Shown one piece after another: positions 56,687 to 64,000 of a DNA stretch of 64,000 nt. Origin of the DNA: Candidatus Latescibacterota bacterium (GTDB lineage Bacteria; Latescibacterota; UBA2968; UBA8231). A program made the translations under genes and the position numbers. Each line of letters opens with the position of its first letter. Position 1 is the first letter of the stretch. The notes beneath the pieces are model-generated. The model was given only the letters and a program-made list of their open reading frames with translations, did not search any database and was not told the DNA's origin. The stretch is taken from contig OZ244561.1 in NCBI GenBank assembly GCA_965217585.1, positions 1,856,001 through 1,920,000 of the forward strand, in the 5' to 3' direction.

Positions 56687-59302
56687 ATGACTATTCGATG
56701 CAGAGATGTGTGGGGACTGGTACTCCTCTTCATTGGTCTGAGCGCATCCACGGGAGACGCTCAGCGGTCGGTCCCGTCTAGCCCGGAGCCGGTAGTCGAA
56801 GCCCTAGATCCGACCTTGATGAAATGGTACCAGCGTCAGGAACTTTACTATCAGTACAGATGGTCGTGGTGGAGGTACAGCAATTATGCAAGAGAGCCTT
56901 ACAAGCGTTACGTGGATGTGGGCTTAGAGGGCACTAGGTGGTACGACCTGTACGGGAAATACCTCACCAAGGGCTGGAAGATCTACGAATGGACCCAAGA
57001 AGTTCCCACTTCTTTCGGCAGCAATATTTTTAAGAGCAGCAGGTACTCCAATTGGTTCAACAATGTCGTGATTGGGCATACCTCCAGCGGACAGTACAAC
57101 TTGGCGATAACCCTAGGCGATGAAATCAGAACGACCCTGACGCCCATGACGTTCTCGAAACCAGCTTTCAATGGTATCCAGGCAGATTTTCGCTCCGACA
57201 AATACGCGCTCACCTTCCTGAGTTCCAGAGTCAATTTTCCGACGCGGGGACAAAATGTAGATGTTCCCGAGACCCGGATGACGGACTTTAACAACCTCTT
57301 CGGCTTCAGGGGCACAGTCCAAGTCGGCGACTTCGTAAACCTCGGGGCCACCTACGTCAACTCCCATCTCAGCCGCACCTCTACGGACTTACCTCTCAGT
57401 GGCTTTCAGGAAGGCCAGCTTACTTCGGTACAAAACCAAGATGTCATCCGCTGGATCGCCATCCGCATCACCGACGATTCGCCCGAGGATGGAGGAGGGG
57501 GAGGAGTACTGTTCTCCGAACAGATATTCATCAATAGAGGCAATGAAATGGAACCCGCGGCCATTGAACCCCGCATAGAGGGGGGATTGCCGGTGAGAGG
57601 AGCTTTGGCTGCAGATGGGATCGAAGCTATCACCCTGACCTATGTGATTCCCGATCCCGAGCTAAAAAGAAAAATAGGATTTGAACTGGTTCTGGCCAAC
57701 GATTACCGCGTTGAGACCACATCGAACCTGCAGACCAATGCCCTCGGCGAGCCGGTCTTTTTGCCGGTAGTGCGGGCGGACGGAAATGTTGACGACGGCT
57801 CAAACCAGAGGGTAGTCAAGTTCGATTACGGCCTGCCCACGGGAAACGAGATCATCGGATTTACCCTAGAAGTGCACGACCTGATGGGATTCACAGTGTG
57901 GGGCGAGGTGGATATCAACAACCGCTGGAGGCGATTCCCCAATATCAACTTTGAGCGTCACGCCCATGCTTCCACTCGTTCGGAGGCCTTTTTTCTGGCC
58001 GCACGCAAGGTCGCCTATCCCTGGTTCGGCTTTGGAGAAATATTCAGTATCGACGAGGGATATTCCACCTCTATGTTCATCTTGGACCGGACCGGCGAGA
58101 TCGACTATTCAAATGCGGAACGCAATCACTACGAGTTCGTCGATGACAACGATGACCAGGACCGATGGCCGGACTGGCAGCGAGCCAACCAGCCGCTCGA
58201 AGGGGAGGGATTGGCCCGGGGTGGTCCCCCTGCCGGGGGCATCTTTCCCGGACTGGACGAAAACAACGATTTCATCTCGGATTTCAACCAGAACAACAAT
58301 CTGCGGCCCGATTACGATGAACCCTTTTGGCGCTACGAGGTGGATCCCCCGGAGTTTCTATTTGGGATGGACCTAGATCACAACACCATTATTGATCGCT
58401 TTGAAGACGATGATGAGCCAGATTATCCCTACCAGCGGGACCACCGTGGGTACAATGGCTATGCGGGGCGGCGTCTCACCCCCGAATCAAAAGTCCTGAT
58501 CGGATATGCCAAGGAATGGTTGTGGTCCGATGAAAGGGAGAGCGAAGATTTTTATGGCTTGGTGACCTTTGACAAGGATTATGCCCAACTGGGCCGGTTA
58601 CAGATATTCGATAACCTGCGAATCGTCAAAGACAATCTCATCGACGACCAGCTTATCTGGACGCACCCGCCCGGTACATTCGGAGGCATACAAACCTTTC
58701 AGGATCGCCTAGTGGCTCAGGATGCGGTGATCAACACGGCCTTTCTGCGCTTCGATTACAAGGGGCTGCCCAATTTCAATGTGACCAATAAGGTCAAGTA
58801 CGAGATTTACAATCAGCAGAGCACGAATTTCGCTAGGCCGCTCCGAACCGGAGGCGTGCTCGAGGAGTTGAAGGATTCCTACTTCTTGGGGATTGTCAAT
58901 AAATGCGACTATGCCTTCTGGATCAGAGACTTCAAAATTCACCCCAAATTTAGAAGCTTGTACCGCCGCAGCACGGCCTTCATCAAAGGCGACGCGGATG
59001 TCCACAATCTAACTGAGATGGGTATCTTGACGGTCCGAACTCAGCCCATGCCAAAGCTCTGGCTCGAAGTGGGTACCGAGTTGGCCCAGTTCTACGACCT
59101 CGAGGAAGCACTGGGCAGCACAGGAGATTTTTTCGGCAGCGTCATCACGTCGCAGATTTCTATCAATAACAACTACCTAGGCTACGAGGTCATCATGAAC
59201 ATCGGGCACCAGTGGGAGAGAAGAAAATTTGAGAACAGAGATTCTCCAGAGACCATCACCAGTGCTTTCATCGTGGTGTTCGCCGGGCTCGGCTCCAGTT
59301 AG
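56687..59302 (+). CDS. Large secreted, putative outer-membrane beta-barrel protein (paralog B)
   Basis: Signal GDA-Q; ALDP..WY..QELY, YSNYARE, RTTLTPMTFSKP, DDSPEDG, DDNDDQDR, DENNDFISD; ends FAGLGSS. Barrel fold is inference. Confidence 0.7.
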   Translation: MTIRCRDVWGLVLLFIGLSASTGDAQRSVPSSPEPVVEALDPTLMKWYQRQELYYQYRWSWWRYSNYAREPYKRYVDVGLEGTRWYDLYGKYLTKGWKIYEWTQEVPTSFGSNIFKSSRYSNWFNNVVIGHTSSGQYNLAITLGDEIRTTLTPMTFSKPAFNGIQADFRSDKYALTFLSSRVNFPTRGQNVDVPETRMTDFNNLFGFRGTVQVGDFVNLGATYVNSHLSRTSTDLPLSGFQEGQLTSVQNQDVIRWIAIRITDDSPEDGGGGGVLFSEQIFINRGNEMEPAAIEPRIEGGLPVRGALAADGIEAITLTYVIPDPELKRKIGFELVLANDYRVETTSNLQTNALGEPVFLPVVRADGNVDDGSNQRVVKFDYGLPTGNEIIGFTLEVHDLMGFTVWGEVDINNRWRRFPNINFERHAHASTRSEAFFLAARKVAYPWFGFGEIFSIDEGYSTSMFILDRTGEIDYSNAERNHYEFVDDNDDQDRWPDWQRANQPLEGEGLARGGPPAGGIFPGLDENNDFISDFNQNNNLRPDYDEPFWRYEVDPPEFLFGMDLDHNTIIDRFEDDDEPDYPYQRDHRGYNGYAGRRLTPESKVLIGYAKEWLWSDERESEDFYGLVTFDKDYAQLGRLQIFDNLRIVKDNLIDDQLIWTHPPGTFGGIQTFQDRLVAQDAVINTAFLRFDYKGLPNFNVTNKVKYEIYNQQSTNFARPLRTGGVLEELKDSYFLGIVNKCDYAFWIRDFKIHPKFRSLYRRSTAFIKGDADVHNLTEMGILTVRTQPMPKLWLEVGTELAQFYDLEEALGSTGDFFGSVITSQISINNNYLGYEVIMNIGHQWERRKFENRDSPETITSAFIVVFAGLGSS

Positions 59303-59311
59303 GCGCAAGAG

Positions 59312-61162
59312 ATGAACGTGAGCAGGCGAAAATATAGCCTGTTGCTGCCGATGGGCTGTGCCTTATTGCTCTTTGCAGAATCAGCTCTCGGAGCGGCTAG
59401 ATGGACGGTTGGAACCGCGGACCGTCCATGGAGCGCTGCAGGTAGTTTTGCGGGGCTGGACGACACCGCGGAGGAGGGCTGGCTGCAACCCATCTTCGTG
59501 TCGAACCAGAATTTGTCCCTCAGTTCCATGGACAGAGGTGGGTGGGTAAATTCGGATTTCCGCATAGGGGTAGAACTGTTGCCCAAGATCATCAATGGAG
59601 ATCGCACTGCGGCTTTCCCGGACCTGTCCGACAGGAGCGTGGAACGCAGAGTAAACAAAGCAGATCTCCCCGTAACCCTGATCCTAGACTTGGGTGGGCC
59701 TTTCGGCGTGGACAGTCTTAGCTTCTATCCCCGGGAAGGGTTAGAACAAGCCTTTATGAGAGGATACCAAGTCTGGGTCCACGATGGGGTCGGGCTCGAT
59801 GAACTCAAACTCCCCCTCGGAGGACACTGGTTTAATGTCGTAAAAGACTGGAAGCTGGTAGCGGAAAAGGCCCAGACGGATAACCCTTTCGCCCATATAA
59901 AACTCCCCTTGCAGGTGGTGCGCTACGTGGCCATCTCAGACACCATCAGTTTGCCCGATCCCACCTTGTGGGAGATTGACGAACTCGAGGTCTGGGGCAA
60001 TGGATACGCCCTCGTGGGCCACTACGAGTCAGACGTGATCGATCTGGGCGACCGGGCCAGTCTCGGGAATCTGACGTGGTCGGCTCTGAGCGATTCGGGC
60101 AGTGCTCTGCTGATCCGCACGCGCACCGGGCAGACGGAAGACCCCTTTGTGTACCATCGTCTGACTGGTCTGGGGCTGGCAGGGGAAGAACGGGTAACGC
60201 GAGCTCAGTACAAAAAACTCAGACCGACAGAAAAAGGATCCATCCAGCCCGATACCGAGAATTGGAGCGGCTGGTCGGCTCCTTATCCTTCAACTGGGGA
60301 GGAACCCCTCATCGCTTTAGCTCCGGCACAATACGTTCAGTTCAGAATCGATTTTCAATCCTTCTCTCCGCTGTCCAGGAGCCGGATTGATTCTCTAGCA
60401 GTGGAATTTTCCACGCCTCTATTCGGCAGGGAATTCATAGCCGAGTTGACTCCCCAACAAGTCATTCCCGGCAAAAAGACGGCCTTCACCTATGCGGTGC
60501 GCGCTATCTTGGAGTCCGAGGACGGCGGCATTGACGGTCTGCAAGTAGCCACGCCTTTGCCGGCGGCAATCAAGGAAGTCAGGATCAATGGCAATCCGGT
60601 CGAATACTCCGAGGACGTGGGGGCAGACGGTTTCGCGGTCTCGTTTCCAGAGAACCGGATAACTGAACACGCAACCTTGCTCGAAGTGGACTTTGACGCC
60701 GAAGTACTGGTGTACGGCACGCGCTTCACCGGCCGGGTATTCGATACCAAGAGGGAGGGAGATATACCGCAGATCATCGTGCCGGGAGATGCCACGCCGG
60801 ACATTGATACGGATGACCTGCTGGTGAAATGGGACCTGGATAGATCTCTACTTGCATCCGTAGAGATTTCGCAGCGCCATCTGACACCCAATGGCGATGG
60901 GGTGAATGATGCAGTAGAAATATCTTACAGCCTGCTACAGGTCATCCAGTCCATTCAGGTATCTGTTGAGATCTTTGATCTTTCTGGCCAGCGGATTTGG
61001 CACCGCTCCGCAGAGCAGGCCAACGGGCAATACGCTATATCTTGGAGGGGCTTTGACGATGCCGGGCAGGTGGTGCCGCCGGGCCTGTACGTTTACCAAC
61101 TAGTTGCCGATGCCGACCAAGGAAACAATGTGTACATGGGAACCCTAGCGGTTGTGTATTAA
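59312..61162 (+). CDS. Secreted discoidin/FlgD-Ig tail protein (paralog 6)
   Basis: DLGG..SFYP, WEIDELEVWG, TRTGQTEDP, NWSGWS, LTPNGDGVND, ends LAVVY*. Confidence 0.85.
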   Translation: MNVSRRKYSLLLPMGCALLLFAESALGAARWTVGTADRPWSAAGSFAGLDDTAEEGWLQPIFVSNQNLSLSSMDRGGWVNSDFRIGVELLPKIINGDRTAAFPDLSDRSVERRVNKADLPVTLILDLGGPFGVDSLSFYPREGLEQAFMRGYQVWVHDGVGLDELKLPLGGHWFNVVKDWKLVAEKAQTDNPFAHIKLPLQVVRYVAISDTISLPDPTLWEIDELEVWGNGYALVGHYESDVIDLGDRASLGNLTWSALSDSGSALLIRTRTGQTEDPFVYHRLTGLGLAGEERVTRAQYKKLRPTEKGSIQPDTENWSGWSAPYPSTGEEPLIALAPAQYVQFRIDFQSFSPLSRSRIDSLAVEFSTPLFGREFIAELTPQQVIPGKKTAFTYAVRAILESEDGGIDGLQVATPLPAAIKEVRINGNPVEYSEDVGADGFAVSFPENRITEHATLLEVDFDAEVLVYGTRFTGRVFDTKREGDIPQIIVPGDATPDIDTDDLLVKWDLDRSLLASVEISQRHLTPNGDGVNDAVEISYSLLQVIQSIQVSVEIFDLSGQRIWHRSAEQANGQYAISWRGFDDAGQVVPPGLYVYQLVADADQGNNVYMGTLAVVY

Positions 61163-61165
61163 TTA

Positions 61166-62941
61166 ATGTCTCAAAGGAACATGAGAAGACGCAGGACGGG
61201 AAGTGGGTGGGGTCAGCTCTCTCGCCTTTTTCTACTTGGTCTATTCACCGCGTGTACTACAACATCCGAGGACCCTCCCCAAGCCGCGCCCGGCGTGGTG
61301 GCGCGGATTGGAGATACGGTCCTCCAAGCCGGCGAGTTGCGCGACTTCGCCATTTCCACCCCTCGGAGTCTGCGTTCCAAGCAGGAGGGAGCGGCAGCGC
61401 GGGAGGACTATCTGCGCAGTTTGCTGGTCAAGCACCTGCTCTACCTAGAGGCCCAAGTTTGGGAATTGCAGGAGTCGATGGAGGTCCAAAAGCGGCTTAC
61501 AGCGAGCTGGCACCAACACCTCATCGAAGTTTATCGCAACGAGCAGCCACCCATCCAGGTAGAAGTTGACGAGGCGGATATCCGCAGGCATTTCGAGGAA
61601 AAGGACCTAGGGCGTCAGCGCCAACTAGCCGGTATTCTAGTCGAGGAAGAATCCCAGGCCCAAGAGGTGCTCGCAAAGCTCGCCGCTGGCGAAATTTTCG
61701 CGGATTTGGCCGGACAATACTCCGTCCACAAGGGGTCGGCCACCCAAGGTGGCGTATGGGGGTATATTTCGCGGCAGCAAGCCCGCCGATTAAAAATTCC
61801 AGATGAGGTATTCCGCGAACTGCCGGTGGGCGTCGTGTCCGACATCCTGCCCATCAATAAACGCTACTTGGTCATGCGCTTTCTCCAGGACCGGCCCGGG
61901 AGCCTAAATGAACACCGGTCCCGCATTCGCTCCGTGCTCCATGCAGGAAAGCTCAAAGAGGCCAAAAGAGAAAAGGGCCGGTCTCTAGCCCGGGAGTTTG
62001 GCTGGAAAATCGAATCCGCAGGGTTAGAACTTCTCCTGAAAAAAGCGGCCGCGTACTCCCCGGTGCATCGCCGGCATTTTTCAGCTAGAGAAGCGTTCCA
62101 GCCCCTCTTCACCTATCAGGGCGGGCAGGTGACTGTGGGAGAATGCGTGGATGCGCTGTGGGAAGATGCCGGGCGGGCGCTCTCTGGCTCGGGGATGAAG
62201 GACAGCGCTGAGGTAGTTGCAGCCGCTGAGTCCACCGTCATGGAGTCAGCCATTTTGCTGGAGGCGGCAAAGAGAGCGGGCATCCCCGAACGACCAGAAG
62301 AACAAAATTGGCTGGAGCAGACGCGCTGGGAGTTCATGGTTCGGCAAGCCCGCAGGGAAGAAGTGGAAGACAAGGCCGTAGTCAGCGAGGAAGAGGCGCA
62401 GGAGTTCTATCAGTCGCACGAGGATTTGTTTCGCAAATCCGACCAGTTTGATCTGATCGAATTACTGGTCGAAACCCAAGAAAAAGCGCGGGATCTGCTC
62501 ACAACATTGGAGCGCGGGGACGCAACCCTTATCGACCTAGCCCGGAAACACACCATCCGCACCGAGTCGCAGGAAGAGCCGGGACAGGTACACCTGCACG
62601 GCCGCGATCGCTATGTCAACCCGCAGCTCTACGAGGCCGTACAGGAGGCCGAACTAGGGGAAATCGTTGGACCTGTCCAGGTCAAGGGTGGGTACAGCCT
62701 GTTCAAAGTACTCCGCCGCGTAGAAGGAGAACTCCCTCCGTTTTCCAAAGTGGCACGACGGGCGCACTCACTGCTGCGTCGGCAGAAAGAAGACCGTCTC
62801 TTCGAGGAACTAGTCGACGATTTGCTGGAGAAGTACCAAGATCGCATCACAGTGTACCAAGACGAGTTGGAAGCGGCTTTGCCCGATACCTTGATACAGC
62901 GACTGGCGGCTACTGAGGGAGCTTGGAGAGATGGAGAATAG
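61166..62941 (+). CDS. SurA/PpiC-like peptidyl-prolyl isomerase lipoprotein
   Basis: FTAC lipobox; FADLAGQYS...QGGVWGY; second rotamase domain; collinear with 444-2102. Confidence 0.8.
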   Translation: MSQRNMRRRRTGSGWGQLSRLFLLGLFTACTTTSEDPPQAAPGVVARIGDTVLQAGELRDFAISTPRSLRSKQEGAAAREDYLRSLLVKHLLYLEAQVWELQESMEVQKRLTASWHQHLIEVYRNEQPPIQVEVDEADIRRHFEEKDLGRQRQLAGILVEEESQAQEVLAKLAAGEIFADLAGQYSVHKGSATQGGVWGYISRQQARRLKIPDEVFRELPVGVVSDILPINKRYLVMRFLQDRPGSLNEHRSRIRSVLHAGKLKEAKREKGRSLAREFGWKIESAGLELLLKKAAAYSPVHRRHFSAREAFQPLFTYQGGQVTVGECVDALWEDAGRALSGSGMKDSAEVVAAAESTVMESAILLEAAKRAGIPERPEEQNWLEQTRWEFMVRQARREEVEDKAVVSEEEAQEFYQSHEDLFRKSDQFDLIELLVETQEKARDLLTTLERGDATLIDLARKHTIRTESQEEPGQVHLHGRDRYVNPQLYEAVQEAELGEIVGPVQVKGGYSLFKVLRRVEGELPPFSKVARRAHSLLRRQKEDRLFEELVDDLLEKYQDRITVYQDELEAALPDTLIQRLAATEGAWRDGE

Positions 62942-62969
62942 GAGTCCATACAAAAATTTGGGACGGAAA

Positions 62970-63698
62970 TCATCTGTCCGCACAGTCGCCGGGATTCTCT
63001 TCGCAATTTGATCTCTTTATCAATTGCCCTTTTTCCCACACATCCCGCCTTACCTTATTGCCCTGGACATCAAAGATTACAAAAATTCCATCGGGATTTC
63101 CGTCTGTGTAGGATCCCTCCCATTTTTTTTGCCCGTTTTCGTAGTAGGAGACAAGGGGCCCGTTTGTCTTTTTTGCTGATTCGTCGTAATGAGTCCAGAT
63201 CCCGCTCTCGCGGCCGTTTGTATAGAACCCTTCTAGCCATTTATTCCCGTTGCGGTAGTAACTGATATAGGGGCCGTGCCATTGACCGTCTTTGAAGACT
63301 ACGGATAATTCTATTTGCCCGTTTGCATAGTACTTGGTATAGGCTCCGTGGAACTGCCCCGCTTTATAGGTTCCTTTCGAACGTTTGGTTCCATCCTCAT
63401 AATAGTCTGTAAAGGGGCCGTGGAGGCTACCTGCGCTATAAGTCTCTGCCGATTTTCTGGTCCCATCTTCAAAGTAATAGACAATTTTTCCATCTTTCTT
63501 GTTGTCCTTGTACATGCCCTGTGTTTGCGGATTGCCGCTTATATAATACGCTATATAGGGGCCGTGTTTGATTAACTCGTTTGCTTCGTTTTTGTAGTAC
63601 TGGTATTTAACTTTGACCCGTCCATCGGGATATGTCTCAGTTTTAACTTTTGGGCCACAGCCATATAGTGCGATTGCCGCACCGATAACAATCGGCAT
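62970..63698 (-). CDS. MORN-variant repeat lipoprotein (YwqK-like)
   Basis: LYGC lipobox; repeated HG.Y..YY.NG...EG.Y..G units. Confidence 0.8.
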   Translation of the reverse strand: MPIVIGAAIALYGCGPKVKTETYPDGRVKVKYQYYKNEANELIKHGPYIAYYISGNPQTQGMYKDNKKDGKIVYYFEDGTRKSAETYSAGSLHGPFTDYYEDGTKRSKGTYKAGQFHGAYTKYYANGQIELSVVFKDGQWHGPYISYYRNGNKWLEGFYTNGRESGIWTHYDESAKKTNGPLVSYYENGQKKWEGSYTDGNPDGIFVIFDVQGNKVRRDVWEKGQLIKRSNCEENPGDCADR

Positions 63699-63781
63699 CC
63701 ATTTCACGATTGAAAGTCCCGCTGACAGAATGTAGTTTGCTATAATTTGGACCGAAAACCGGGAGAGCATAGAGACCCAAC

Positions 63782-64000
63782 TCAACGCGCCAAGATATCC
63801 CAGTCCGTGGTCTGCAGAATGTCTCGCCGATTGGCTTCCTTCAGTTCCAGATCGTAGCTGTCCAGCGGATTGTAGTCGTCGCGCAGAATGATGGCCGGCA
63901 CCCCCTCGTCGAAGGAAAACTGCCTGAAGGTGGAGATCCTTTTCCTAGCGAAAGGGTGGATCGTCTCGCCGGCGAACAGATCCGATGGAAAGGCCGCCTC
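63782..64000 (-). CDS. 3' end of probable fused MFS/spermidine-synthase-like protein
   Basis: Open frame from window end containing ILRDDYNPLD, ending WDILAR*. Confidence 0.55.
   Translation of the reverse strand, partial: EAAFPSDLFAGETIHPFARKRISTFRQFSFDEGVPAIILRDDYNPLDSYDLELKEANRRDILQTTDWDILAR

Noticed and set aside
62970-63698. YwqK antitoxin of a toxin-antitoxin system
   Set aside because: Generic MORN-variant repeat lipoprotein with no adjacent toxin

Overview
Bacterial DNA whose gene content (FlgD-Ig/T9SS-like tails, WGxIK tails, CRTAC1/FG-GAP proteins, TPR proteins, AAA-PD(D/E)XK paralogs) suggests a Latescibacterota/Poribacteria-like FCB-group organism, possibly a marine or sponge symbiont. 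This taxonomy is inference. Two paralogous envelope clusters (1-20640 and 45934-62941) share one parts list: (i) six large secreted paralogs ending in a [T/S]PNGD-x-[I/V/L]-N-[D/E] Ig-like domain and a terminal xV[A/V][Y/F]-stop; (ii) an ~880-aa putative outer-membrane protein with Asp-rich Ca-binding repeats; (iii) a SurA/PpiC-like lipoprotein; (iv) a His1 DOMON/CBM9-like protein with a C-terminal WGRIKA motif; (v) CRTAC1/TPR proteins. This module is the best candidate for an undescribed secretion or surface-assembly system. Between the clusters lie housekeeping and catabolic genes (CocE/NonD hydrolase, YtoQ, heparinase II/III-like protein with a type A T9SS tail, glutaminyl cyclase, moaB, uvrA, MetE-like). 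There is also a deletion-riddled type I R-M locus with an intact UDG-family gene, orphan antitoxins with toxin stubs, an Mrr-like nuclease and tandem AAA-PD(D/E)XK genes. No CRISPR array, rRNA or tRNA was recognised.
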